A stretch of 63,470 nucleotides of DNA, counting the filler, from Atractiella rhizophila (lineage: Eukaryota), in NCBI GenBank assembly GCA_021432655.1. It is 7 parts of 6 records of this genome, joined end to end, with 100 filler letters (N's around TTAATTAATTAA, not from the genome) between each part and the next. Parts side by side here need not be neighbours in the genome. Positions count along the whole stretch, not along the records: positions 24,405 to 36,497 come from MU272017.1; positions 36,598 to 43,101 come from MU272019.1; 5 more parts are not named here. One strand, 5' to 3'. The notes below the pieces were generated by a model. It saw only the letters and a program-made list of their open reading frames with translations. It was not told where the DNA came from and searched no databases. This document shows positions 24,854-38,175 of the stretch, piece by piece (the first letter of the stretch is position 1; each line of letters begins with the position of its first letter). A program made the position numbers and the translations under genes.

Positions 24854-27800
24854 TCAGCTCACTCCCAAACCCAGCGGAGGTGCTCGATTCTTCCTCTCCT
24901 CCTTCTTTTCATCCCCAATCTCCATTCCCACCTTCGCCATCCCCTTGTTAAGCTGCTCTAATAAAGCACAAGCTTGACAGAACTCCTGAGAAGAAAGGGA
25001 GCCGCAAGTTCTACATGCCTCTACACCACATTACCATGTCAGCCTCGCTTTCATCACATCGAGAAGAGGCAGAAAGAGGGAGAACGCACGCTGAACCTGC
25101 TTCTTTGGTGGAGCGAGGCAAGCTCGACCTCTCTTGGGTTGGGAAGAGGAGCGAAGCGACATTGATGCGGCCATCGCCTCCCCACTGTAAATCTATTTCT
25201 CCATCTATATGAGCCAGTGGGGATTCAGGGGAACTTGGCGTACGATGTCGACAATGGCTGTGCTACGACGTTTCTCCAGATCCTTCACGAGCGCTCTCGC
25301 ATGCCCTCGATAGGCTGTAGGAGAATAGATGCACTCTGTTGAATGGTAATCGAGTTTCTATTGCATTCACCTCAGCACTTTTTTGGGATAGGGGGAGAGA
25401 GAAAGGACCACCTTAAAATAGGCATACATCACGATCTCCTTTTCATAAGCATACTTGAACGGTTTGCTCCTCTTAATCGTCCGTGGAAGCTTCAATCCAT
25501 CTTCGTCATCCTCATCTTCATTCTCATCCCAGTCCCCACCTGTCGTGACCGCCGTGCACCTTCCCAGTCGCGCAATGTCGCCCCTGAGCACTTCCAACGG
25601 CAACAACAAACCATGACTGTTGCGAAGAAGACTCGCACGGGAATACTCACCATTCATCAATATCGTCTCGGCCACATCATCTGCATTGTGACCTGTGACT
25701 ACGTGATCAACCGCGAGCAGGTGAGCGCCTTTATCGAGGGCCTGCCTTCGAAAGACTCCACAATAAGTGCCTTCCTTGCAACCGTTTCAGTCTTCACGCG
25801 GACCAGTAAACACCGAAAATGAACGCACAATTACCCTTCTTCCCAATCTCACCCACGACTCTATCCATCGTCCAACCTCCATACAGCTGCTCGTAAGATA
25901 AGATCTTGAGCGGAAGACTATATTGCTCTGAATTCCGCTTCACTGTCTTCCTAGCAATCTCGTGAGCATGATGGTTTGGAATAGATCGGGAGGTCACAAC
26001 GCACTTCCAGTGAGGCGTCCCGATACCCTGATATCCCCTCATCGATGCTGAGAAGGCAGAGATCGAGTCCGTACGAATATCGCTCGTTGAGAACTTTCAT
26101 CACATGTGCCAAAACGGTGGAATCTAGAAATGCGCATGTGAGCAACCCGTTTTTGCGACGCTACGGAACCAAAAATGTTTCTAATCTTCGAATTCCACAA
26201 CGCAGAACGGAGGAAACCGAGCCAAATCGCAGTAAGTGCATAAAACATCGAGAAACGTTGCATTTTTCGCTTAGTCTAGATTCTGGAACATTGCATTTTT
26301 CTCGCAAAATGATCGCTGCAGACAACACGCAAAAATACAAAGACAAACGTCTCCATCCCAGATGCTCGACACCCGAACGACGTAAGCCAAACAACTAAAT
26401 AAGCGTGAAACGTGAAATGTATTCTGGCAGAAATAAGTAATCTAACTGCTAACAACGAGTGGGCAAAGAAAAGCATGTTTTCAGAATCCATTCCACAGCA
26501 TACTTAACTGCACAAGACGCATGTATATCTTGTCATTATTCTACCGTTTTAGGATGCAAGGGTAGGTCGAAGAAAGAATTGTGCGAGTGAATCAACTATT
26601 ACAGATATGAAACAAGCTGTTCTCTTCTGCGATACGCTTAGTGCATTGGACTACGAGGGAGAGATGGCCATGCATAAGAGGGGAATCATGAAATCGAATA
26701 GGATAGAAATCAGGGATGCGATCAAACAATGATTGAAATGGTGGAATAGTTCTTCTCCCTCGAAACTCTTCACAGATAAAGATGAAAACTTGTTTAACGC
26801 GGGAAGCTTCTTTCGCCATGGTAATTTGCTCAGTGGCTACATTTTTATAAGTACATCTCAGTGACAATTGTCAGGCAACGCGATTGCTAATAGTAAGAGC
26901 ATTCTCGTGGGGCAAACTGTCGTTTGAGTTGTGTAAAAGTTCAATATCATATACGCACAGAGAGCTACGCTCAACACCATGGAAAGAAGGAAAACGTGGA
27001 AGATAATCCACAAAATGCGATCACAGAGATGAGTGGATGAAATCTTCACAAGTCGTGAGCGGCCATCGCCTCCCCACTGTAAATCTATTTCTCCATCTAT
27101 ATGAGCCAGTGGGGATTCAGGGGAACTTGGCGTACGATGTCGACAATGGCTGTGCTACGACGTTTCTCCAGATCCTTCACGAGCGCTCTCGCATGCCCTC
27201 GATAGGCTGTAGGAGAATAGATGCACTCTGTTGAATGGTAATCGAGTTTCTATTGCATTCACCTCAGCACTTTTTTGGGATAGGGGGAGAGAGAAAGGAC
27301 CACCTTAAAATAGGCATACATCACGATCTCCTTTTCATAAGCATACTTGAACGGTTTGCTCCTCTTAATCGTCCGTGGAAGCTTCAATCCATCTTCGTCA
27401 TCCTCATCTTCATTCTCATCCCAGTCCCCACCTGTCGTGACCGCCGTGCACCTCCCCAGTCGCGCAATGTCGCCCCTGAGCACTTCCAACGGCAACAACA
27501 ACCATGACCGTTGCGAAGAAGACTCGCACGGGAATACGCACCATTCATCAATATCGTCTCGGCCACATCATCTGCATTGTGACCTGTGACTACGTGATCA
27601 ACCGCGAGCAGGTGAGCGCCCTTATCGAGGGCCTGCCTTCGAAAGACTCCACAATAAGTGCCTTCCTTGCAACCGTTTCAGTCTTCACGCGGACCAGTAA
27701 ACACCGAAAATGAACGCACAATTACCCTTCTTCCCAATCTCACCCACGACTCTATCCATCGTCCAACCTCCATACAGCTGCTCGTAAGATAAGATCTTGA

Positions 27801-29358
27801 GCGGAAGACTATATTGCTCTGAATTCCGCTTCACTGTCTTCCTAGCCATCTCGTGAGCATGATTGTTTGGAACAGATTGTGAGGGTCACAACGCACTTCC
27901 AGGGACGCGTCACGATACCCTGATATCCCCTCATCGATGCTGAGAAGGCAGAGATCGAGTCCGTACGAATATCGCTCGTTGAGAACTTTCATCACATGTG
28001 CCAAAACGGTGGAATCTAGAAATGTGCATGTGAGCAACCCGTTTTTGCGAGGCTACGGAACCAAAAATGTTTCTAATCTTCGAATTCCACAACGCAGAAC
28101 GGAGGAAACCGAGCCAAATCGCAGTAAGTGCATAAAACATCGAGAAACGTTGCATTTTTCGCTTAGTCTAGATTCTGGAACATTGCATTTTTCTCGCAAA
28201 ATGATCGCTGCAGACAACACGCAAAAATACAAAGACAAACGTCTCCATCCCAGATGCTCGACACCCGAACGACGTAAGCCAAACAACTAAATAAGCGTGA
28301 AACGTGAAATGTATTCTGGCAGAAATAAGTAATCTAACTGCTAACAACGAGTGGGCAAAGAAAACCATGTTTTCAGAATCCATTCCACAGCATACTTAAC
28401 TGCATAAGACGCATGTATATCTTGTCATTATTCTACCGTTTTAGGATGTAGGGCTCAGTCGAAGAAAGAAATTGCGAGAGGTGAATCAACATTACAGTCT
28501 AGAGACAAGCCGTTCTCTTCTGCGATACGCTTAATGCATTAGAATACGAGGGAGAGATCGCCATGCATAAGAGGGGAATCATGAAATCAAATAGGATAGA
28601 AATCATGGATGCGATCAAACAATGATTGAAATGGTGGAATAGTTCTTCTCCCTCGAAGCTCTTCACAGATAAAGGTGACAACTTGTTTAACACGGGCAGC
28701 TTGACATGATATATTCCTCAGTAGCTGCATTTTTATACGTACATCTCAGTGACAATTGTCAGGGACGCGATTGCGATTGCGAATAGTGAAAGCATTCTCG
28801 GGTGGCGAATGCTCATTTGAGGTGAGTCGTGTAAAAGTTCAAATATCATATAGGTACAGAGAGCTACCCTCGACACCGTAGAAAGACCAACGAAATACGA
28901 TCACAGAGATGAGTGGATGAAATCTTCACAAGTCGTGAAAGGTTGATATTTTGCATGACTTGACGCAAAAGACTTGAATCTTCATCGCAAAATAAGCCTC
29001 GAGAATCGGACAAGTTATTCGTCAACAAGGATGAATAAAGATGACGGCGAGGAAAAGATTAAAACAGAAAGTTACACGAATTGACCAGGCCAGTGGCAAT
29101 CGTCCAGCTACCCAAACCTGAGGCTAAGAAAAGCAAGAAAGACGTACCTTTCCCACCACTCGCGCCGATCGCGACCCTCTCTCCCTTCCTAAACATGGGT
29201 TTTCCCCCCTCCGCCACCCCTTCTCCCATGATGGTATGATGCACTTCTGTCTCGAAGACTTGGAAGAAACAGTCGAGACAGGTCGGCTGCTGGGTTTTCG
29301 GACGGCGGAGGATGGCGCGGGATTGGGAGGATGGGGGACAGAGGGAACACGGCGCCAT
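24854..29358 (-). CDS. NCS6: Cytoplasmic tRNA 2-thiolation protein 1, interrupted by an internal 1.9-kb duplication
   Basis: [104 protein letters not shown]; stop at 24854. Confidence 0.95.
25167..28938. repeat. Direct tandem duplication of about 1.9 kb (25167-27058 and 27059-28938) inside NCS6/CTU1
   Basis: Both copies start gcggccatcgcctcccc and end gatgaaatcttcacaagtcgtga; exons near-identical, intron segments more diverged. Confidence 0.97.
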
Positions 29359-29507
29359 TTATCCTTTTCTGCTCTACTGATCAATCGTCTAGTGTGCTAT
29401 ATTCTTGAGATTCAGATTCAGGTGATTATGTAATAGTAAGTGGATGAACAAATACAACCAAACAGCAGTGACAGAAACCCCAAGTGATAATCAATCATTA
29501 ATGAAGG

Positions 29508-32500
29508 ATGCATCAAGCCTTCTCAGTCTCATACCATGACACCGACTCACCCACTCCCATAGCCTCTCTCTCCCACTCATCCTCCACACTCTACCTCACC
29601 CGCTCCTCCGCACTCACCACCCTTCCCCTTCCGCTCTCTTCTACTCCACCACCCCCCACATATCCCCTCCTCCCCACGCCCATATCCTCCCTCAGCCCGC
29701 TCTCGGACCCTCCCTCGCTCCTCGTCCTCTCCGCCGGCGACCTCACCCTCCACTCCGCCACCGCGCCGTACACCCAGCTCCAATCGCTCAAGCCGTTCAC
29801 GCGCGGGAATGCGTCCACCTTCAAAGTGTGGGAGGGGAGCATGTCCCTCCCTCCCACCGCTTCCGCGAACCAACAGGGAAAGTCGACGCTGGGGAGGAGA
29901 TTGGGAAAGGCGATCGGCGTCAGGACGGGAACGAAGGAGAGGGAGGAGGGAGAGGAACAGACTGTCAAGTGTTTTGTGACGAGAGTCGCGGTTTGTTGTA
30001 GGAGGAGATTGGTCGTGTTTGCTTGGAGGGATGGAGAGTGGGCTGGCGTTTCTGTATGTCTGTCTGTTTTAGCTTTCATTATTTGGACCCTGGGATTGTT
30101 TTCATTCTTCTACGACGTGAATTGCGTTACACCCGTCACTTGGCCACGCAGAGAAATGTTTCCTGCGTCATAGGATGTCTCCATCTTTAATGGCGGAGAT
30201 TGAGCAGAGTTCTCGAGCAGACAATATTTCATTCGTTGTCCCTTCGTTTATCCTGGAGCTGCGTGGGAGAAGCGTTGTACTATGAGTTCGGGACAGAGAG
30301 ACATGACATTAGTGCTCGTATGAACGCAAACAGGCATCAAGTCTAGCATTTGCGTACATGCAAAGTTCAGAGTTCGACTGCCAAAGGAAGTGGGGTTTAT
30401 TATCCGTATTCTTTATGGCTTGCATATTCAACTTTGGTTCGGCATGCAGCAATTATCCTAGCCATCATAAGAAAGAAGCATTACCGCCCAGATCTACGCA
30501 AGAAGAGGAGTTGGAAACAGTCAAGCGTGTTTATGAAGTGTATGGGTTGCTTGGCCTTGGTGGAAACTCTCTTGGAGAATAATACTACCTTCTTGCTTTT
30601 CTCCCTTTGCTCAACTTATACTGAGTCCCATTTACGCCTTCCAATTCATCGTATCCGAGAGGATGAAAGTACAGGTAATCTGTAAAAGGCATCGTCTATC
30701 GCAGATTAAACTTTATTCGCTTCCTCCTCTCTCTTGGGGAAGTTGGTCAGTAGTGAAAGCAAGATTGATCTCATTGACTCGAAGGAACTAGCCTTACCTC
30801 ACCAAGTTCGATCGCTAACCTTCCCAACCCCAACGACCGCCTTCCTCGGTTTCTCAACCTCAGAGTACGGTCTCGTCACCATCCCCCCTCCGACCCACCC
30901 CACCGACGCGACACCACCACCCATGACTCTCGGAGACCTTTTCGCGCCTTCCTTCCCTGAGAAACCGCCGATCGACAACCTCATGCTCCTACCTGGTCCG
31001 GGCCCAGTCGGGTCCCCACCATCCACCATCGCTAACATCGCTACCCTGATTCCTCCTGCTGAACCGGTGAAAGAAGGAGCTTCAACTGCTGCAGAACCGT
31101 CACAGTTTCCTGGTTTGGGTAGGCTGGGGTTGTCGACTGGATTGGGCCTGGGTGGTTTCGTTGAAGGGCTTGGAGGTGCTTTGGGGAGGAAAGGGAAAGT
31201 GGCTAAGAATCCAGTTGTCAAGTCTGGGATGGATGATGAAGTCGCAGTCTTGAAAGAAAGTGCGCCTGCTCGATTCAGTTTCATTCAAGTTCAAGTTGCT
31301 AATGACAGGATGCGCAGATGTCTTGTTGTTCTTCTCTTCGTCGACTAATCAACCACGAAAACCTCCACCAAGTACTCCACTTAAGAAGACTACGCCACTC
31401 ACGACGATTACATATCCGGTTCCTCCAGAAGAAATCGTCGTCTCGTACCCATACATCCTCGCCTTGATCCCGACAATCCCTGAGAGGAATGTTGGCGCTA
31501 CGATCCATGTTCATGAAGTGACAGCTCTAGAAGGCATACAAGTCATTCCGATCATGCCGACCTCGTCCGATTCAGAGCTATGGAACGCACGACTCTTGGC
31601 TACCCCCTCATCTGCATCAGCATCTGGGAAAGCCCCGATCTTGGCTGTCGCATCAAAAGAAGATGGAGGGGAGGAGAAACTCTGTTCGATATCCTTGCAG
31701 CCTTGGATCGCACAGCTGGACGAGATGAAGATGAGAGGAGAATTCGAAGCCGCTTTACGATTGTTGGATGTAGTCGATGGAGCGTTGGTGCCTGATAAGG
31801 AAGCGAGAAGGGACCATTTGGCAGTCTTGTCTTCTCTTGCCATCTTTGCGCTGCCCATTACCAGCTCCGCCATCAGCAAGGCATACGAGGCGGCCATCGA
31901 GCTCTTCATTAAGCTTGATACGAATCCTGCAAAAGTGGTCGCCTTGTTCCCTCAGGCTATATCCGGCAAGTTGAACGTCGAGGAGGAGAGGTGGGAGAGT
32001 TTGTTTGGAGGCAGATCGGTGGACGAGGTGCGAGCGGCGAAAGTGACCTTGGAGGAGTTGGAGGCGGAAACGATGAAGAGAGACGACAGCACTTCTTCGT
32101 CACAGGAGGGATCTAAACGGTCAAACAAGTCCGGCGTTGATGATATCTTGCCTGGCAATGCAGCTGTCCCAGAGAAGGAAGAAAGCTCATCAAAGTCGGA
32201 AGCGGTTGAGCAAAAGGCTAAAAGCCAGCTCCCTGGTTCGTTCTCTCCTTTCCTTTAAGGGTCGAACCGCCTCCTAATTACCGTCATCAGAATCTACAGA
32301 TAGTTATACTGCGTTTCGACGAGCCGTTGGCACACTTATTTACTACCTTACTGATCGCAGACAGCACATTGCGAAAGCCCTGGCTGCAATACCACTTGCC
32401 AATCGACCCAATTCCGCCAACCCTCTCCCACCCGCTCCTCCAGAGGAACTCTTCTCCCTCCCAGATGTTGAACCAACTCTGTTGACGCCCGAACAACTTC

Positions 32501-34077
32501 ATCGAGTTGCAACCATTGTCGAGACGGCTCTGTTCAGATGTTATTTGGCGACCAAGCAAAATAGCTTGCTAGGTGCTTTATGCCGGATTGAGAATTGGTG
32601 CGAGGTGGAGGAAGTAGAGGAGCTTCTTTCCGATGCTAAGGCAAGTGCCAGATACTACTCTCTTCGAATTCTTATGGCGTTAACAGCAATATACCGAGCT
32701 TCTCTTCCTCTACAGGGGTAAAAACAAGCACGATCGCGCTATTAAGTTGTTGGAGGAGTGGGTGACCCATCCTACCTTTCGACGGCAGGAACTAAAGTTG
32801 TTTTAGTCGAAGTCAAGATGAGCCAGATCCAGCCGAAAAGGTGCGGCCAACTATTGAGTATTTACATAAGCTTGGGCGCTCTTACTTGGATCTAATCCTG
32901 GAGACTTCAAAATGGGTTTATAAAGTGCACCCACCGTCGCTTCCTCAGGTAATGCATTTGCAGTCGCTCTACCTGTTAACCGCTTAGGCTTTGATTTAGA
33001 TCTTTGTTACCGATATCGAAGAGGTTGAGGGATTACCTCGGCATGCTGTTGCTGCCCACCTGGCCTCCTTAGACCCCAATGCATGTGCGAGTTATCTGGA
33101 GCACATCATTGATGGTCTGGGGGAAGGCGGACCAGAGTTCCATGATCAGCTTGTTGAGATATACATGAGAACATTCCGCGAGTCGAAAGAGACAGAGGAT
33201 GGTTTGTCGCCTTTGTTATGTCCCGATGACATCCTAATATTTAAACTAGAATCTCGCATATTTCAAAAACTCATTGGCTTCCTCAATCGTTCTAACCAAT
33301 ACCGCCCGGAACGGCTTCTGGGTCGTCTTCCCTCGGATTCTATGTTTGAAATCAGGGCAATTCTTTTGGGCAGGCTTGGTCAACACGATGCAGCTTTACA
33401 GATTTACGTGTATCGGCTGCAGGCTTACATCAAAGCTGAACAGTAAGTCCATAGATCTCGCTCGATTTTGTGACCCAATTCGTCCCATTAGGTATTGCAA
33501 GAAGGTCTACCTGTCTAATCCTTCCAGTCGGAACACCATTTTTATTACTCTTCTCAACCTTTACCTTCGTCCCAAAAGCGGCTTGCCACTTCTGCTCGCG
33601 CCAGCCTTGGATGCCATTAGCCGCCAAGGGATGTATATGGACTCTGCCCAGATTCTGGAGATGCTTCCTCCTCTGGTTCCCCTCAAGGATGTACACATCT
33701 TCCTCCAAAAGGCGATCCGCAAAGCGAGGGAGACCAAGGCTCTCACGCAAGTCCAACGATCGATTTATCGCACACGCACAGATCAATTGGACGAGGAATT
33801 GGTGACACTTGAGGAGAGGAGAGTGACAATAACCGATTACAGGGTTTGTCCAGTGTGTAGTAAGAGGTTAGGGAATAGCGTGATTGCGATTCACGCTCCT
33901 GAGTACGGTTTTCGTTTTCTGTCCCTGCTGTTCTCACGGGTGGACACTAGTGGGATCGTGACCCATTATCAATGTAAAGACGTAGGTTTCTCATTATATT
34001 CTCCAGGTCGACCGCTGATAGGTTTCTCTTGGTAGCGATTTGTCGAGTCGCAAAAGGAACACGACTTAAATTATTGA
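29508..34077 (+). CDS. VPS39: HOPS subunit Vps39/Vam6
   Basis: CNH-like N-terminus (VAVCCRRRLVVFAWRDGEW, ELALPHQVRSL), FIKLDTNPAKVVALFP, LLGALCRIENWCEVEEVE, RAILLGRLGQHDAALQIYV, C-terminal CPVCSKRLGNSVIA..VTHYQC; stop 34077. Confidence 0.95.
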
Positions 34078-34250
34078 AGTACACATGTCTCTGCATCCAG
34101 TCGCAATTGATACCATTTGTACACATCATAACAAGGAATCGCTCCACAACATGCCACAGGTATAAATAATAAGCTACACGATGTAAACAGTGGTATCCAA
34201 GTCCAGCATTTCGTCCATCAGGTAACCTTCTACAACAGATAAGACAAAGT

Positions 34251-35424
34251 TCAAAAGTTCCAGTCAGGCCACTCGATCCTCCAATGGTTCGAATACCCAT
34301 CTTTTACCTCCACTCCATAAGCCTCAAAAACATGTTTAATAGTCAGCCTGTCCTCGTTGACTACCTGGCCAGAGGTCAAATGCAGGAATCGAAGACTGGG
34401 AAAATCTGCTTCTTTCTGTAGATTGTCGAGAGGGGAGAGGTCATAGCGTTGAAGACGTTCGTTAAAGGAGCGAATGAAGTGCAAACGCATGATTTGAATG
34501 GTTGGAGGAAGACCACTCAGAATGGAGAGATCGAGAAAATCTTTGGCTATTGCGAAGGCTCGTAGATGGTTGGCCTGTTCCCAACACTTCGAAAATTGTT
34601 CCGCCAGGTCATTTATGGGAGCGTATTCTCCCCAATTGAGGTAAAAATGGGTGAGGAGGACAAAAGCAGGGGCGAGAATGGAGACTGGAAAAGGTTGTAA
34701 CGTTCGCACGTAAAGTCTCGTCAATCGAGGTGGAAGGAGAACCAATGAGGTACGGTAGATTTCGTTGGGTCCATCTAGCCGCAGGTCCGTTATACGTGAC
34801 ATAAATCGACTTGTATCTTTGAACTGGTAGGATTCGCCCGTTGCATCTAACAGACCACGTGAACGTATCCCGAACGATATGTACCGCAGCCGTTTGAACT
34901 TCTCCAATACCTCTTCCAGTTGGCGAGAGAAGGTCCCAAGGCCGGATATCGTGAGGTATTGAAGGTCCACGCTCCTCTCCACCATCTTCGTGAGGACATA
35001 CCAGAGTTTCCCAATGTCTGGGGGAGAGTTGGCGTCGAGGAAATCAACCGCGACAACATTTGGAAATGTGGCAAAGAAATCGAGGTAGAAACTAAGCTTT
35101 CCGCCCTGCTCGAAATGATGATACGCCAATGCGATTTGAGGAAGCTTCACGCCGAGAATGAAGAAGCGGAGGGAGCTATGCCGAAATTTATTGATGATCC
35201 TATTACCATGGACCTCGCTTTTCACTGCCAGCTCTCGGAACATAAATCTGCGACAAGGATCTAACCACGCTTTCGATATGAGAGAGTAAGGCGCCAGAGA
35301 GGTGGGCTTGGTCACATCGTAAAGGTATGATAAGATCTCTCGAATGAGCTCATACGGAAAAGTAGGAGGGAGCGTCGCGACTGTTTGTAACTCTTCGGCA
35401 CCTTCAGATTTAGATGACTCCTCC
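34251..35424 (-). CDS. F-box/LRR-like protein; start exon not resolved
   Basis: Frame extends upstream of the listed ORF: PTFPYELIREILSYL...LAPYSLISKAWLDPCRRFMFREL, followed by LxxLxL repeats. Confidence 0.75.
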
Positions 35425-36173
35425 TGCAGAGAAAGTCAGGGACATTAAAGCTACGAAGTGGGAATATGCGAGCGAGTACATGTGTTGCTCCATTAGACTT
35501 CGCTCCGACGCTATCAGCGCTCGACGTTGGTGTTGTTTTGGAATCATTCGCATTCTATCATGTTTTCAGCGAACAAGCTGGAGATGAGTTGACAACGTAC
35601 AGAGGATGAAAAAATCGAAGTGCTAGATATTCCTGCAGAAGAAATGGATCTAGAATGACGCTGTTGGAGGATTTATTACTCCATAACTTCAAGTCGGAAG
35701 GAGGGGCGTACACTTTCTGACCATTTTCTGAACCGACTGAGATTTGGACGCCACATTTTTTACTTCCAATGCTTGCGATGTTAGGAGACAGTCCTCAAGG
35801 AGCGCGGACTTGGGAGATGAAATACAAAGAGGAGGCAGTGATTTGGAACAAATTCCTCTCATGCAGTTGCCAACGATAGACAGGAGCCAAAACTTGTTTG
35901 TGAGCCGTGTGCAGTGAGTACACGGGAAACACAATGTGAACCGTAAGCAGGAGAGAACGAACGGAGAGCTCAGAGACACAGAGCGCGAAATACAGCGAAA
36001 CAAAGTCACGTTCACGTTGGTTCTTGGAAGCTTGGGGCTCCCTACGGGGCTACCTTGCCAATATTCGACGCGCCGCGCGATTCCTTGTGATGCCCTCCAT
36101 ATCTTCTAGACTGCATATCAGTTACGTGCCTCAGGTTTTGACCTTGATTTCACCCAAATTTTAACCCTCTGAA

Positions 36174-36497
36174 ATGGCTTCTCTGCCGCCTTTTGAAGAT
36201 GCGATGTCTGCGTCTTCGGACGAGGATGTGGAAGACGAGACGGAGTTCCAGCAACTCATGAGGCATTGGCAGGATGAACGATTTTCTCCTGAGCTCCTTC
36301 CGGCACAGAATGAGTTACTAGATCATATGATGGACCTGATTGCACAACAGGTTAGAGCTTTTCTACTTCTCTTTGACAGACATGATGTGATCGCTTTCGA
36401 TTTGGTAGGCAGAATATATTGAGAAAGCGCGTAACGATCCTCGCAACACCTCGATCGATTCAACGCGAACAGCTCTGTGGGAGCTAGAGATCGAGCA
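36174..36497 (+). CDS. SLD5: GINS subunit Sld5, 5' fragment cut by spacer
   Basis: QLMRHWQDERFSPELLP..ELLDHMMDLIAQQ, then after the intron LWELEIE. Confidence 0.85.
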
Positions 36498-36765
36498 NNN
36501 NNNNNNNNNNNNNNNNNNNNNNNNNNNNNNNNNNNNNNNNNTTAATTAATTAANNNNNNNNNNNNNNNNNNNNNNNNNNNNNNNNNNNNNNNNNNNNGCC
36601 TCTTTCAACTCTGATAATCGATCTTATCGTTGGGGAGTTCGACGACACAGGTGAGTAAGAAGATGGCGCGGTTATGGCGACAGGTCGATATTGCAAAACA
36701 GCCAACAACTTGAAGGGTTCATCGGTCCCGACCGCGTCAAGTAAAGGAAAGGAAAGGAACTTCCA

Positions 36766-38175
36766 ATGGCTCCCCTGTCGCTGCCCTTCCCTGCTCCCAC
36801 AATAGGCATCATTGGCGGATCCGGCGTGTATTCGCTCAATCTCCCTTTCATCTGCACAGTCCGCATTACCACTCCCTATGGCTCCCCATCAAGCGACATC
36901 TCAATCGCCCGCATCCCTTCTTCTCCCGCCTCTGCACCAAGAACAGTCGCCTTCCTAGCGAGACACGGGCTGGAACATGCTATCGGACCCTCAGAAATCA
37001 ATTATCGAGCCAACGTCGCAGCTCTCAAGAGGTTGGGATGTAAAGCCATCATTGGTTTCAGCGCTGTGGGCAGCTTGAGGGAGGAGATAAGACCGGGAGA
37101 TGTGGTGATTCCCGATCAGTTGATTGATCGAACCAAGGTGCGTTCACTGCTTTGGATGTGGCGAGTCTGTTGTTAGATGTGCGATCTTCTCTTTCTGATT
37201 GTCGTTGGCACTCGCCATCTTTGTCATCCGAAACTGCAAAGTCCAAGAGCTGACTGAGGAGGAGTCTGAATATCGCTCCGATTTCTAGCATTCGAGCAAT
37301 CAGTGATCCGAAAGGAACATTGCAACCTTCCTCTGTTATGCGCGAACGAGAGTGACACTGAAATAACATTCATGAGGATGCTTGATCTGACGGTTTGCTG
37401 CAGGGAACACGCCCATCCACCTACTTCCAAGACGGCATCGTCGCGCACGCCACCTTCGGGGAGCCCTTCACGACTCCACTCCTCGCCTACCTCTCCTCGA
37501 AGATCAAGGATGCAATCAAGACCTTCGACAGCGGAAGCAAAGATGTCAGACTTCATGAAAACAAGACCCTGGTCGTCATGGAGGGACCAGCGTTCAGCAC
37601 TCGTGCTGAGAGTAACATGTACCGTGCATGGGGCGGGGATATCATTGGCATGACGTTAGCTGTTCTCATTACCTGCCTCACTCATATATTGACTTTCACA
37701 TAGAGCCCTTCCGGAAGCCAAGTTAGCAAGAGAAGCAGAATTGGGGTACGTCTTTGTCCGCTCAAGGAAAAGCTTTGGTTGATTCAGGTCACAGCTATGT
37801 TCTCGTCTGCACTTCGTATGCTGTTCCCAAGTTGCCCTAGAAGTCGTAGTTGCTCATGGCCATCACAGCACCGACTACGATTCCTGGCGGGTGACGGAGG
37901 AAGCTGTGAACGCCACCGAAGTGCTCGAGACCCTTCACGCTAACTCAGTGATGTCTAAACACATCTCGTTGGCCGTGATCGAAGCTTTGGGCCTCCCTGA
38001 GGCTTCAGAAGCTCTCGACTCGTCCAAAGGAGGAATGAAGCTGGCCATCTTTCGGGACCCGACGAAGGTCAAGATGGAGACACGAAAGAAGTTGGGGTAT
38101 ATTCTTGAAGAATACTTTGGGGTTGCAGATGAAGGAACATTTGAGATCGTCGATAAGGGAAACATAAAAAACTAG
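36766..38175 (+). CDS. MEU1: S-methyl-5'-thioadenosine phosphorylase (MTAP)
   Basis: [86 protein letters not shown]. Confidence 0.96.
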
